From positions 214,706,001-214,770,000 of the forward strand of contig OX597814.1 in the NCBI GenBank assembly GCA_951406725.2: DNA of 64,000 bases, in the 5' to 3' direction. Below, piece after piece: positions 11,254 through 24,945 of the stretch. Positions within the stretch are counted from its first letter, which is position 1, and every line of letters begins with the position of its first letter. Below the pieces are notes generated by a model. That model saw only the letters and a program-made list of their open reading frames with translations. It did no database searches and was not told the DNA's origin. The position numbers and the translations under genes are program-made. Source of the stretch: Octopus vulgaris (lineage: Eukaryota).

Positions 11254-12318
11254 TAGTTCTCAGAAGGAGGTTAGTAACCATGGAGGGGCCCTTTTTAAGT
11301 TCTGTGTTTGGTAGGGAACAAGTCACAAATTGGTGGGATGGAAATATGTGATTAGGTGTCAGCTGATAGGGCATTGTATGTGATTTAGAACCTCTATCGC
11401 TCTCTCTGACAGTGGTTAATATTATGTATGGAAAGGTATAATGAAAGCAGCATGTCAAAAGATAATGATATTCTCAAACTGGGATCTGGTTCAAAAAGCA
11501 GTACAGTGAACCCCACTTAAGTAAATTTTGTAAAGATACCTTATAAAGGAAATGATTATAACTTTGGTCACTTCCTCAATTTAACATTTGCTACTAATTT
11601 CTAGTTATAGTTGTTATAGTGAAACCAAAGAAAACAAACATCTGTTAGTCATTTGCCAAAATAGCTAATCAACTCTCAGAAATATATCTAATAAATTTTC
11701 CTAATTAAAAAATTCTTGGCACCGAAAGAAGGAAAATCTGAATTCTTGACACTTGCATTTTTTTTTTTTGTCAGTTTGACATTAATTGTTGAAAAATTGA
11801 TGTCAACTGTTGAGAAACTGTTGAAAGGAGAATGAATTATTTTGCTTTCAAATTTAAATAAATATATAAATATTCTTTCTTTTTTTCGTTAATCAGCTGA
11901 ATTATATAATCAGTGGATCAGTGATTATCTTTGATTTCAGAAAATAAAATTAAGGAATATACATATATTATATAGATAAAATGTTTTTTTTATGAAGACA
12001 ATTAATAATTTCCTTGTTGACTGTAAAAGTTATTCAGATTAACTTTTAAAATTTATTATTCTTATCTACAATAAATCTTGTAAAGGTAGGATAATGTTTA
12101 AGTAGCTTAAAATTGAAAAGTGATTCTTCATTCTTGGATTTTGGATTAAAATTCTATGAAGTTTTACTCAAAGGTACATTCGCCATAATGTTACTAAAGT
12201 AATCACTTGTTTCTGGGTTGCTTTTTACCATTTGTTATAGATTTACTGAAAGGGAACATATTCTAGTAACTAAACAATACTTTTTATCAATCATGAGCAA
12301 AAAAGAAAAAAAAGAAAA

Positions 12319-13212
12319 CTGCGTGGCATCTTGGGCAAGTGTCTTCTGCTATAGCCTCGGGCCGACCAATGCCTTGTGAGTGGATTTGGTAGACGGAAAC
12401 TGAAAGAAGCCTGTCGTATATATATGTATATATATGTATGTGGCACGTAAAAGCACCATCCCTCATGTCCATTGCCAGCCTCGGCTGGCCCCCGTGCCGG
12501 TGACATGTAAAAGCACCGTCCGTTCATGGCCATTTGCCAGCTCTGTCTGGCCCCGTGTCGGTGGCACGTAAAAGCACCATCCGTTCGTGTTCGTTGCCAG
12601 CCTCGCCTGGCCCCCGTGCCGGTGACACGTAAAAACACCGTCCGTTCGTGGCCGTTTGCCAGCTCTGTCTGGCCCCGTGTCGGTGGCACGTAAAAGCACC
12701 ATCCGTTTGTGTTCGTTGCCAGCCTCGCCTGGCCCCCGTGCCGGTGACATGTAAAAGCACCATCCGTTCGTGGCCGTTTGCCAGCTCTGTCTGGCACCTG
12801 TGCAGGTGGCACGTAAAAAACACCCCCTACACTCGCGGAGTGGTTGGCGTTAGGAAGGGCATCCAGCCGTAGAAACACTGCCAGATCTGACTGGGCCTGA
12901 CGAAGCCTTCCAGCTTCACAGACCCCAAGTTGACTCGTCCAACCCATGCTAGCATGGAAAGCGGACGCTAAATGATGATGATGATGATGATGTATGTGTA
13001 TGTATATGTTTGTGTGTCTGTGTTTGTCCCTCTAGCATTGCTTGTGTGTTTATGTCCCCGTCACTTAGCGGTTCGGCAAAAGAGACCGATAGAATAAGTA
13101 CTGGGCTTACAAAGAATAAGTCCCAGGGTCGATTTGCTCGACTAAAGGCGGTGCTCCAGCATGGCCGCAGTCAAATGACTGAAACAAGTAAAAGAGTAAA
13201 AGAGTAAAGAGT
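12319..13212 (+). mobile_element. 5'-truncated SINE A interrupted by an RTE 3' end in its internal microsatellite
   Basis: A body to ~12439, RTE insert 12440-12991, A tail ~13005-13212. Confidence 0.88.
12440..12991 (+). mobile_element. RTE-type LINE 3' end with ~6 tandem UTR units (123-bp dimer)
   Basis: Alternating 62/61-bp units (41-aa repeat in ORF 12291-12947), then family B tail and (GAT)n. Confidence 0.88.
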
Positions 13213-13623
13213 ATTGATTCAGAGAGGAATGTAGAAAATTTGAATGTTGAAAAAATTTATTTGTTCACAATTAATATTTAATATGAAATTTTGAAATATA
13301 GATTTTTAAATGATGATATGAATATTTGAATAAAATAAGAAATAGCCTTTGAGCAATGCAGGTAAGAAACCAGGTAAGATATGTAAGGTGGTGTCATTTA
13401 AAGAAATCAAAGAGGGGTTCAACAATAGGTTGGTTAATGTTCCTTTAATATTTTGAGAAAGATGCCTCTTTTTAAATACAAGAAAGAAAATAATCAGAAT
13501 TTGGAGAAATGTGCTGCTACCAACAGGCTATTTGTGTGTGAAAGTGTGGATGTGTATACATGTGCATATATATGTTATCATCATCATTTTTTGTTCACTT
13601 TCCATTGTTGAGATAATTCAAAT

Positions 13624-13832
13624 AGGCACCTGTGAAGGTGGCATGTAAAAAGCACCCACTACACTCATGGAGTGGTTGGCATTAGGAAGGGCATCCAGCT
13701 GTAGAAACATTGCCAGATAAGACTGGCGCCTGGTGCAGCCTTCTGGCTTCCCAGATCCCCAGTCGAACCGTCCAACCCATGCTAGCATGGAGAACAGACG
13801 TTAAACGATGATGATGATGATGATGATGATGA
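13624..13832 (+). mobile_element. RTE-type LINE 3' end (family B)
   Basis: Family B tail ending acgttaaac(GAT)n. Confidence 0.85.
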
Positions 13833-14360
13833 TTCAATGGTTTGAAGGGGATATATTTCCTTCCAAGGTTTCATTTTTGACATTGGTCTACAACTGAATG
13901 CCCTTCTTAACATTAACTACTTTACAGCACAAGCTGGATGTATTTTTTCATGACATCAGCATTGTAGAGATTGCCTTGTTGTCACCAGGAAGATTAAAAA
14001 GGGCCCTTCTAAGACCTGTGTATTTCTGTTTGAGTTAACTACCAATCACTTAGAATGTACGAGATGCTGTTAGGGTCATCTTGCAGCTTGCAAAATGAAA
14101 GAAAGTACCCCATGATAGAAAGAACAGTGGGGAGATGCTGATAAAGAGAATACCAGAGGAAACAGTGTTGGGGCCTGAATAGAGAGGTCAGATGTTAAAT
14201 CTCGAGATCATTTGACCTCAGGTCATCCCTAGTCCTTGTTGGTCTCCTTCTTCCAAAGGCACCATTCACTTTAAGGCTTCAGCACTTGCTTATGCAGCTT
14301 ACATATACATATGTATGTGCAGGCGTATATATACATATATCTGTACACATTTCATACATA

Positions 14361-15208
14361 CAGGGTGCAGTGAATAAACTGTCATCTAAATTATGCAAAA
14401 ATTAAAATAACATTGACATCTTATTTTAACAGATATATTTACAAAAATTACATATAAATATCATAAATACTGAAGAGTAAATTTATTCAATAAAATCGCC
14501 ATTGGCTTCAACCATGGCCTCCACTCGACTTCAGAATCTCCTGTAACTCATTTGGACAGTCTCCTTGTTTAAGTTGGTGAATGCTGCCATAATCCTTGCC
14601 TTAACTTCATCTTTGGTGTTACAAGGAGTTTTGTTGGTCTCTTGCTCAACTGTGCCCCACACTTAATAATCAGTGTGGGGAGTTAGGTGGCCACATGTTA
14701 GGGGTGATGTGGTTGCAGAAATTGTCCAACAGCTATGACTGAGATCACCTGCATGTGTAGCATGGTGCAGAGTCCAGCTGCCATTCTCATGACCCAGGGC
14801 AGTACAACCTCCTCCAGGCACTTGATGTTGGCCTCTGAGTTGAGTCTGAGGTCGTGTGGGAAGATGAATGGAGGCATAGCATCGCCATCACTGGTGATCA
14901 CTCCAAACACTATGATGTTGACTGGATGTTTGATTTTTATATATATCCTCAGATTGCATTGTCTCCAGATTGACATTAAAACACTCTGAAATGTTAATAT
15001 TAGAGCTTCCAGCATGAATACCAAGCAGTACAGCATGTCATTTCCAAATTTCTGGCAGAGTGAAGAATTGCGTCATGGTGTTGTTTTTCTCACAGTTGGT
15101 GCCCATCTGACCCTACTATACTGTGTAGTCAACAAAATCAAAAAACAAACAATGTGCATGCATGAAATTAAAAGTATAAAATGGTGACAATTTATCCATC
15201 AGACCCTG
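14361..15208 (-). mobile_element. Tc1/mariner-superfamily element, internally deleted, decayed transposase
   Basis: TA-flanked CAGGGT TIRs; ORF 14698-15036 IVFGVITSDGDAMPPFIFP...LEEVVLPW followed by a WPPNS-type motif. Confidence 0.88.
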
Positions 15209-15280
15209 TATATATATATGTATATAGTTATATACACATACATACATACATATATATATATATATATGCATATATATATT

Positions 15281-15348
<68 letters not shown>

Positions 15349-15510
15349 TATATAGATGTATATGTATGTTTGTGTGTATGTATGTATGTATGTATGTATG
15401 TATGTATGTATGTATGTATGTATGTATGTATGTATGTATGTATGTATGTATGTATGTGTGTGTGTGTGTGTGTGTATGTGTGTGTGTGTGTGTGTGTGCG
15501 TGTGTGTGTA
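15209..15510. repeat. Compound (TA)n/(TATG)n/(TG)n microsatellite
   Basis: Direct reading. Confidence 0.95.
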
Positions 15511-16244
15511 TGTACGGCTGTATGACAAAGAAGTTTGCTTCTCAATGATTATAAATTTAGATAATTCAACAATTTCGTTGAATAATCATTGCTGATGCAG
15601 ACCAGCGCTAGTTTTCTCAGAATCTGTTTTCTTTATTATGTATATACTTTCTGTTATAAATACTCCTTTTGTTTCATGAACTACAGACATCAATGAGACA
15701 ATAATTGTTTTTATTATTTATTAATTAATTTTTTTTTTATTTCAAAGAAATCATTGTAAGCTTATTTAGTCATATCTAAATAGGTTTATAATTTGGATAA
15801 TTATTTTTCATGTTACTTGTAATATAATGAAAAAAAAAACATGACACAAAGCATTGTAGATGTAATGAAAATGCTTTCTCATGAAAAAGCAGATTTTAAT
15901 GTAAATAATCCTGTTTTAACATTAGTTTATTAAGCTCATTGATAATGTGTAGGACAGACTTCCTGCCACAGTTCTTGCACTTTTCAATGATATATCTTAT
16001 GTTTATATCTGATTTTGACATGTATTTCCTCTTTGTATACAATTCTTTGCTGCTTAACGGAAAATATTTGGTGCCTTTGCCTTTTGGTTTTATGCTTGTA
16101 TTGTTTTGAAAATGTGATTAGCTGATAATTTTATTTATTAAAATACATGTATGGAAATGATAATTAATGTAGTTTTTTTTCTTTTTTTTTTGATATTGCT
16201 GGATTCCAACGGCTCCATAATGTTGATGGATGTTGATAGTTCTA

Positions 16245-16712
16245 TAAAGGAGTGTTGTTCACTCAAAGTGGATGGAATTCATGGAAGAGGGAGGCCCAGG
16301 AAGACATGGGACAGAGTATGAAGGACAACCTCAGAATGCTGAACTTTTCAGATGAGATGACAAAGGACTGAGATACCTGGTGCATTGCTGTACTCAAGAA
16401 GACCCGTCCTCCACAGCAGAAGCGTTAAGACCACACCCCCTGGTGAAGAGGATTGGCCTACAAGAGTCCTGTGCCAGTGTCACAAAAAGTACTTGTAATT
16501 GTGTCATGTAAAAGCACTTGTACCAGTGTCATGTTAAAAGTACCCAGTACATACTGTAGAATGGTTGGCATTAGAAAGAACATCCAGCCATAGAAATCAA
16601 GGCAAATCAGAATGGAACCTGGTGCAGCTTTCCAGTTTCCCAGCACTGGTTAAACTGTCCAACCCATCCCAGCATGGAAAACAGACATTAGAGAATGATG
16701 ATGGTGATGATG
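16245..16712 (+). mobile_element. RTE-type LINE: RT C-terminus plus 3' UTR
   Basis: Encodes GRGRPRKTW; ends in family B tail. Confidence 0.8.
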
Positions 16713-16879
16713 TTATTTCAAATTTATATATATATATATAAATGCTTCAGTTGATTGTTGTTCTTTAGCTGAGTAATTTCTTTCAGTTGAATCTGGTTTA
16801 ACTGAGAAAATTTAATTTTAAAAATTCTGAACCATTACAATACCTACAGTATACAACAATAATTTATTATTTCTAATAA

Positions 16880-17095
16880 AGGAGATAAGTTTGCAGAATT
16901 CTTACTGCACTACATAAAAATGCTTATTGGTGTTTCATCTGATTCATTGTGTTCTGAGTTCAGATTCCGTCAAGGTTGACTTTGCCTTTCATCCTTTCAG
17001 GATTGAAAAAATAAGTACCAGTTGAGGTCGATCTAATTGACAAACACCCTCCTCTAAAATTTCAAGCTTTGTACTTAGAGTAGAAAGTATTATTA
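16880..17095 (+). mobile_element. SINE family C (C2)
   Basis: ttctgagttcag...gactttgcctttcatcctttc...gtaccagttg...agtagaaagtattatt. Confidence 0.75.
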
Positions 17096-17292
17096 ATTAT
17101 CAAATTTAACAATTCAAGTAATGTTAAACCATCACAATACTTTCTTTACTGAGGAAATTCAGTAAAATTCTCATGCACTAAATTTTAGTTAGTTTAATCT
17201 CATCATTAAAAACATATTTCCTTCCATTAGGGGCTAGATACACATTTGTAATACATGCCACATGTTTCATAGATTAAGAAGATTCAATATAA

Positions 17293-18240
17293 CAGGGATT
17301 CTCAAACTGGGTGCAGACACCCCTAAGGGTGCACACAAGAAATTGTGGGAGGATGTGAGGCTTGTAAAACCATTGGAATAACCAACTAAACTCAGCTTGT
17401 ATGTCTAGAAAGTCTGTAAAGTGCCGTTTACTGCTTCCATACTCTTATTGTTGTGAACAAGGGTTCTCAGCAATGTTTATAAGCAAAAACGAATTTTGTG
17501 CAAGACTGTCAATAGTGAAATATGTAGGTGTGCCATTCTGAAGTTTTTACTGAGAAATGAGATACTTATATTCAAGGGCCAAGTTTCATATAAGGCCCTT
17601 TATTTAAAAATGTAGCATTAATTCAAATGAAATTAATTTCTAACATAATCACAAAATCAGAAATTTTAGGGGAGGGAACAATCAATTATATTGATCTTCC
17701 TACTTGAGTGTTTTTTTATTTCATTGACCACAGAAGCACGAAGGATTTAAAATCTTTAAATTAAATTAAATTAAATTAAGTTAAATTAAAGTGGAGGCAC
17801 AATGGCCCAGTGGTTAGGGCAGCGGACTCACAGTCAGCGGATCGCAGTTTTGATTACCAGACCAGACGTTGTGTGTGTTTATTGAGCGAAAACATCTAAA
17901 GCTTCACGAGACTCCAGCAGGGGCTGGTGGTGACCCCTGTTGTACTCTTTCACCCCAACTTTCTCTCACTCTTTCTTTCTGTTTCTTGGGTAACGCTGCG
18001 ATGGAATGGCGTCCCATCCAGCTGGGGGGAACACATACACCACAGAAACCGGGAAACCGGGCCCATGAGCCTGGCTAGGCTTGAAAAGGGCGATAAAAAA
18101 AAAGTTGAATTAAACCAATAACAAATAATACATATTCTTATTGTCTGTTCTCTGGGTCCTAACCATTTTACACAAGGGGCATGCCATCACTGTTGAACAA
18201 GAAGAAAGGGTACACCAGAAGAAGAATTTTGAGAACCCTT
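17293..18240. mobile_element. hAT-like MITE (old) with nested SINEs
   Basis: CAGGGATTCTCAAA ... TTTGAGAACCCTT imperfect TIRs; TSD not clear. Confidence 0.5.
17791..18101 (+). mobile_element. tRNA-derived SINE, head H1 + tail T1
   Basis: A box TGGCCCAGTGG; TSD AAGTT(A/G)AATTAAA at 17778-17790 and 18102-18114. Confidence 0.88.
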
Positions 18241-18766
18241 GCCACGTAGAATTTACAACATATTTCAATACTTTACTTGATTAATCATTTTCTTTCAAAT
18301 CAGAAATGTTAATTTTACACAAATATTCAGTTTACTAGATATACAAATTTATTAATATTCAAAGTATCAGCTTGCTTCTCATGTCATCCTTACATTGATA
18401 TTCTTGTTATTTCTTGATATATTTTCTGCATTTGAATAACTTGTAACTACTAAAGCAATTCTCTCTAAGATTACTGGTTGACGACCTAATTATTACTCGT
18501 TAACCTAGTTACCACTTGACTTTCTAGTTATAATTGGCAATCTACTTCTGACATTTCAATATTTTCCAGGGTGCTCTTATGACACTTCAGGTTCAAAAAT
18601 TGTAATTTGCTGATCTACATTAACAAAATCCAATTCAAAGCATGATTTGTGATTTGAATGCAAGGAAAACTTTTGAAAGACAAATTTAGTTCAAATATAC
18701 ATAAATTTAACAGCGTCTTATAAAGCTAGATTTATAAGTTCAAAAATTGCAGATTAATTTATCAGT

Positions 18767-18840
18767 GGGGAGTTTATCTTAATGGTAAAGCACTATGACC
18801 GGTAATCACAGGGATGTGAGTTCGAGTCTCATGGCTGTCT
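18767..18840 (+). pseudogene. Degenerate tRNA-like sequence (anticodon GGT, Thr-like) or SINE head
   Basis: T-arm GTGAG-TTCGAGT-CTCAT and anticodon arm TGA-CCGGTAA-TCA; acceptor and D stems do not pair well. Confidence 0.45.
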
Positions 18841-19599
18841 GCTGGCAAATTTGTCTGCAATAATATGGATTATTTATCCTGTTCCTGCTATTCTGATAGC
18901 ATTATTCTATGTTTGAGAATTAATTATTTCTGTATCTTTCAATACATAAACATAATATTAAAATGGTTATCAATTCTAGAGAGAGAGAATCATGGAGTTC
19001 AAAGTTAAAATTCAGCAAGCAATAATATGGATGAAAGAAACAAAGATACAAACTTAAAATATCATTGTCCTGGTTAGAAAGAGATGAAAAAGACTATTAT
19101 TTGGTCATTTTCTTCTTAGAAGGATCCATACACAAGATGTAAGTATATGTGAAGTGTAAGTATATGCATGTGTGTGCATTAATGCAATTATATTTATGTA
19201 CATGCGTATATATAAGTGCAAATATATTTATATATGTGTGTATGTTTCTGTTTGATTTGTTCATTTTTACATCCATTTTTCCAAGCTGGAATGAGTTAAT
19301 ATGTTCAATGTGTTTACATATTGTTGAAGCCTTGTTTTACAACCAGATGTCCTTTTCTGCTCATAAGCTTTTTACCTGATTTTCGAGCTAAGGCTTTTTC
19401 ATTCCACATGTCCTCAAAAGTACAGAGCCCACCAGAGAATTTGTTGACAAAAAGATGACAATAAAGAACACTGATTGTAGCTCATATAATCATGGAATAT
19501 AAGTGTGCGTGTGTGTGTGCACAAATGCACATGCATACATATATACACATGTGTACATACATGCACACGTGTGTGTGTGTTTGTGAGAGGAATATTTGT

Positions 19600-20255
19600 C
19601 AGTCCCAAAACATCTAGGGATAGAAACTGCTAAGTTCCATCAATCAGAATTCTGTTAGAGATTGACGATGTTGGCACGTGACTCACCAACTATATCTCTG
19701 GTAGATATTGTGGGATGACGACAGCGGCTGGGGAGCTGAACGGAACTTGGGGCTGACTGGAAGAGGAAGGGGCAGAAGTGATGCATGCGCAGGCAGGGCA
19801 GTATTGGGCCTTTTCGATCGAGGTAGCCGAGGGAGTTGGACGTGTGAGCGCTTTGTTAAGGTAGGGGAAAAGTAGCTGCTATTTCTAGTGTTCAGGTCGG
19901 GCCACGTTGAAGGGTGCATTACCACTGGGGAGGTCTCCATCGACGAAGAGAAGGCAGGTGTCCTTATTTCAAATCTCCCGCATATACCACAGATATCACT
20001 GTATCAACATGAACACAATTCATTCAATTATGGATGATGTCAGTGAAACACTGACCACTTGGATCTCTGGTAAAACGGGATGTCATCAGCAAATTGTTTT
20101 GTGTTTCTTTTTCCCTTGACAGCAACATTGCTTATAAATAGAACTGTATCTCTCTGTCTGTTAGTTGCCAGTGACAGAACATGTTTTAAGCTGGTCAGTT
20201 GCAAAAGTGGTCATAACAGTCAAAAACCAATGGAATGACAATGTCACCGATACAG
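19600..20255 (-). pseudogene. Decayed LINE reverse transcriptase fragment
   Basis: Minus strand LFISNV...KQFADD (RT catalytic motif, ~20080-20140) and LDVLGL (~19600); interrupted by a 271-bp insert. Confidence 0.5.
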
Positions 20256-20260
20256 CATAA

Positions 20261-20480
20261 CCCTTTCAATACCAACCTGGCTGAAACTGTCTGTGGCTCT
20301 GAGTACAAATGTCTTGTTTTCATAAGTTTTGAATTAAAATCTTCCACCAAACCTAAGTCACAATTTATGTTCCTAACACTAGCTTAATGATAACTAAGTC
20401 ATTTTACTAAATTCTTTGTTACATTTAAAATAATTGAAGGAAACACAGAGCATCTCAACAGAAATACTGTTATGAAAGGG
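20261..20480 (-). mobile_element. piggyBac-type MITE (family E)
   Basis: Reverse complement of 5125-5345; CCCTTTC/GAAAGGG ends, TTAA flank. Confidence 0.85.
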
Positions 20481-20713
20481 TTAAATCATGCCACTGCTAA
20501 AATAATACAGCAATGGCTTCAGTCATTCTTGACTACAACCTCTCAAACAAACTGTGAATTATTACCTTGGTATAAACATCTTTTAGTCATTTGGTTGTAA
20601 TGACCATACATTGTTTTGTTTAATACTAGAGTAGATATTTTTGTATTTAAAATTTCTAATAGAACTTATGTTCTTGCATTCATTGATATCAATTCAACCC
20701 AAACATATTGTTT

Positions 20714-21104
20714 GGATGGAAGCACTCCGTCGGTTACGACGATGAGGGTTCCGGTTGATCCGAATCAACGGAACAGCCTGCTCATGAAATTAACGTGTAA
20801 GTGGCTGAGCACTCCACAGACATGTGCACCCTTAACGTAGTTTTCGGGGATATTCAGCGTGACACAGAGAGTGACAAGGCCGGCCCCTTGAAATACAGGT
20901 ACAACAGAAACAGGAAGTAAGAGTGAGAGAAAGTTGTGGTGAAAGAGTACAGCAGGGATCACCACCATCCCCTGCCGGAGCCTCGTGGAGCTTTTTAGGT
21001 GTTTTTGCTCAATAAACACTCACAACGCCCGGTCTGGGAATCGAAACCGCGATCCTATGACCGCGAGTCCGCTGCCCTAACCACTGGGCCATTGCGCCTC
21101 CACT
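20714..21104 (-). mobile_element. tRNA-derived SINE, head H1 + tail T2 (young, CpG-rich)
   Basis: 12-bp TSD AACATATTGTTT at 20702-20713 and 21105-21116. Confidence 0.92.
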
Positions 21105-21168
21105 AACATATTGTTTACTGGTGACAACACAAAACAGAAATATCGTATCATTATCTACATATATTTGT

Positions 21169-21199
<31 letters not shown>

Positions 21200-21399
21200 C
21201 ATAACTGTGAGTTGTATATGTATATACATGCATGTATACACACATACACACATATGTAAATAGACTGGATGTTGCCTGTTGAAAGGCTATGTAGGTAACT
21301 AGGTAATTGAAATCACATTATATTCTCATGTAAATGCATATGGATGTATTGTATCAATAGTGCTTGTAAAATTACAAGCAAAGAAAATGTCAAAAGATA

Positions 21400-22440
21400 A
21401 GAACTATGGAGTTACTCAATCTTTCAAAATTTCAATTGGGTGGTGCTAGAGATTCTTCAGAATACATTCTTTAGCTCTACATCAGAAAATAAAAATTTCT
21501 TAGAAGTTTCCATTTGATTTGGCTGATAAAGTTGCACAGTTTCATAGCTTTATAATAAAACTGAGAAAGCAACTGTTTTTCTTGACATACCAGAGAAGAG
21601 AACATTCGGTAAAATAGAAAGTTAAAACTGTTTATGTTGGAACAACAGGGCATGAAAATACCTTAGACTGCAGTTCTGTGCTACTTAGATGAAGGAACCA
21701 AACTAGATTACTTGAATTTTTCAAAAGAAAGATAATTTCAAAGAATGGAAAATTTCCTTCTGCAGTTATTGTTAGCTACCCTAATTTTTGGAAGACTGAG
21801 AAAGGCATGAGTTAATAACTAAGAGACGTATGGAATAACTACACTGGTGTGCTTTCAAAGGAACCTCCAGGTTGGTGTGAGACCAGATTAGAGCTTACTT
21901 TGATGGGCCTGGAAAGCACAAACACATATTGAAAGATATGAAAACTCATCAAATTCATTATGTGATTTGATAAGAATTCTGCCTCTAAATGTTCTTTTAG
22001 AATAAACCATTTAAAAATGATGATAAATCTCAGAGCGAGTTATAAACAGTAGCGGTAACACATCGTGACGCATATTTGTCATTTGAAATACTGAGAGGAC
22101 ACAGATAGTGTGTCTATAGCCAGCTGGAGGAGATATCTTCCTGGGGCTACAAACTACAGTAGCATCCACCCTTAGGGGTTAGCCATATTCAAATGGCAAA
22201 TATGCATTTAAAAATGGAGTTTGGAAATTCTAGATAGCATGTGAGTACTAGTTAGCATGGAAGTCATCTGATGGAGAGGAAAACTACAGGGGGTAATCTC
22301 AAAAACCCTTTCCTTGCTACTGTTGCTATTTGGTTTAAAAGCAGTTTGGAGTGCTTTTCCTGAACATATGGCTTCCGAGATCTTTTAAAGACTGGCATCA
22401 GTAATAAATTGGATGGAATGAAGGATAACCTGCTGTGGGA
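21400..22440 (+). pseudogene. pogo/Tigger-like DDE transposase relic
   Basis: Fragments TVFLDIPEKRTF, VKTVYVGTTGHE, KRKIISKNGKFPSAVIV, YLPGA, KTGISNKLDGMKDNLLW, colinear with pogo-family motifs. Confidence 0.75.
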
Positions 22441-22700
22441 TTACCAGAAAGAAAATACAGACTCAGACACACTGCAGGTTTAGATGGAGATGATGTAATT
22501 ATAGAACGGAGCACTCGTGAAAAGCTGAATCAAGAAGCACCATTGGAATTGCTTGGAGAATTCTATTAGGAATCATACTTTGATGGTTTTTCAATGATTA
22601 ATTCATCTTATGAGAAAAGACCATTTTTGAAAAACTGAACTACAACATTCACTTATGACCTTTTAAGTAAAAGTGACTCTCTCTCTCTCTCTCTCTTTCT

Positions 22701-22911
22701 CTCTTTTACTTGTTTCAGTCATTTGACTGCGGCCATGCTGGAGCACCGCCTTTTGACGAGCAACTTGACCCCGGGACTTATTCTTTTTTTTGTAAGCCCG
22801 GTACTTATTCTATCGGTCTCTTTTTGCCGAACCGCTAAGTGACGGGGACGTAAACACACCAGCATCGGTTGTCAAGCAATGCTAGGGGGACAAACACAGA
22901 CACACAAACAC

Positions 22912-22944
<33 letters not shown>

Positions 22945-23116
22945 CATATATACGACATGCTTCTTTCAGTTTCCGTCTACCAAATCCACTCACAAGGCAC
23001 TGGTCGGCCCCGGGGCTATAGCAGAAGACACTTGCCCAAGATGCCACGCAGTGGGACTGAACCCGGAACCATGTGGCTGGTTAGCAAGCTACTCACCACA
23101 CAGCCACTCCTGCGCC
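22701..23116 (-). mobile_element. SINE family A, full length, young
   Basis: Family A reverse complement with CpGs retained. Confidence 0.92.
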
Positions 23117-23889
23117 TATTGCCAGACTGGGCAAAAACTCAAATCATGCTAGTTTATTGTTCACATTTATGCATCTTCATGAGTGAAAAACATGCAGAAA
23201 CAAAGCTTTACTTGAAAACAGGCAAATGCTGGTCACTGGAAAAGCATTTGGCCATAGAAAATTTGACTCAACAAACGTTGTCTAACTCATGCAAGGATAG
23301 AAAAGTTGACCGATATCTATTTGCTGTGTGTTTGTGAAAGAACAATGTTATAGAGAAGCAGAGGATCGGCAGGCACTTTCTGTCTTCTCCCATCCTTATC
23401 ATTCATTTCATTAATGTCTTGTTCACCCTGCAAAGCTATCTTACTCTTCGTACTGTCTTTATGACAAATTTAATAAAATAAAGTAACTTTGTTATTATTA
23501 AACTGGTATTTGAAACATGAATTAAAATGAAAGTTTGATGGACAATTTTAGTTTAGATCAGTGGTCCATGTCCAGTATGCAGCAGCACACTAGTATACCA
23601 TGAGACAATACTTGATGTGCGGCAGTGTGACCTGAATATAATTTTTTTCCCTATACTTTTAGTTATGTTTTTAGTTCAAGTGTATCGCAAGTGAAAAAAA
23701 GCTGCAGAGCACTAATATAGACGATTTTAAAACAGGATCTTTGTATCAGAGAACTAGGTTGATCCTTGACAATTTGGTTTTAAAAGGATTGAATAATTAC
23801 ATTACAGTTACAAAGACAAAATTTACATTACTAAAATATGTTAATAGTTAGAAGAATCTTCTATAACAAGAATGTGAAAGTGAAACTGT

Positions 23890-24447
23890 ATATATGCTGT
23901 GCTTGAGAAGATGCATCAAACCAGGTGAAATTGTGGTCATGGCTGTTTCTGGTGTCATGTAAATGACATCCATGCTAGTGGCACGTAAAAAGCATCCGTT
24001 ACACTCTTGGAGTGGTTGGCATTAGGAAGGGCATCCTGCTGGAGAAACCATTCCAAATCAGACTGGAACCTGGTGCAGCTCTCCAACTTGTCAGTTCCAG
24101 TCTAATCATCTAACCCAGTGGTTCCCAAACCTTTTTGGGCTGCTGCTCCCTGGCCACATCCCAAGCCCCCCCCCCCAAAACTTACTACAACAAACATAGA
24201 CCACTTTCTGCAGCAAACTCAAAACAACTGTATTTCACAAATAAAATAATGTAATTAACCCATTATTTTAGGGTATTTTTTTTACATCGGTAGCCTCATT
24301 TCAGCCACCTCGTTATCACCCCACTTTTCTTCAATGTCCTCCTGAGTCTTTTCCACCGCCCCCAGGGGGGCAGTACTGCCTACTATGGGAACCACTGATC
24401 TAACCCATGCTAGCATGGAAAGTGAATGTATGATGATGATGATGATA
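23890..24447 (+). mobile_element. RTE-type LINE 3' end interrupted by hAT MITE
   Basis: Family B tail split at ATCTAACC. Confidence 0.82.
24116..24397. mobile_element. hAT-superfamily MITE
   Basis: TIR CAGTGGTTCCCA/TGGGAACCACTG; perfect 8-bp TSD ATCTAACC (24108-24115, 24398-24405). Confidence 0.92.
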
Positions 24448-24499
24448 TGCATATATATACCTAAATATATGTGTGTGTGTGTGTGTGTGTGTTTAGCTC

Positions 24500-24945
24500 A
24501 ATCCTTTAGCATTCAAGTTGCTCAGTCAAATGTAATGCTTATTTATCTATGCTATAATGAATTAATCTTGCATTATCTTATAGCTGCCAGATGTCGATGA
24601 TGTGATTGTTTATTATTAGAATGACATTGGAGAATAGGTGCGAAAGATTGGATCTGGCCAGTTTTAACATAAAACAGGCAGAATATCTGAGCCAAATATG
24701 GCTTGTTCAACACTTTCGTTACTATATTTATTTTGAGACGCTCTGTGTTTCATTCAATTACTTTAAATATAACAAAGAATTTAGTAAAATAACTTAGTTA
24801 TCATTAAGCTAGTGTTAGGAACATAAATTGTGACTTAGGTTTGGTGGAAGATTTTAATTGAAAACTTATGAAAACAAGACATTTGTACTCAGAGCCAGAG
24901 CCTGTTTCAGCCGGGTTGGTAATGAAAGGGTTAAATGATAAAGGG
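24500..24945 (+). mobile_element. Older TTAA-type MITE (family F) containing a family E MITE at 24711-24930
   Basis: Homologous to ~44476-44692 (-) and ~59541-59768 (+); ends ...AAAGGG|TTAA; nested E copy has its own GAAAGGG|TTAA end. Confidence 0.75.

Noticed and set aside
15895-16120. ~75-codon stop-free minus-strand frame with CKNCG
   Set aside because: No convincing splice sites or recognisable family; plausible by chance.
18767-18840. Functional tRNA-Thr
   Set aside because: Acceptor and D stems unpaired; kept only as a tRNA-like relic.
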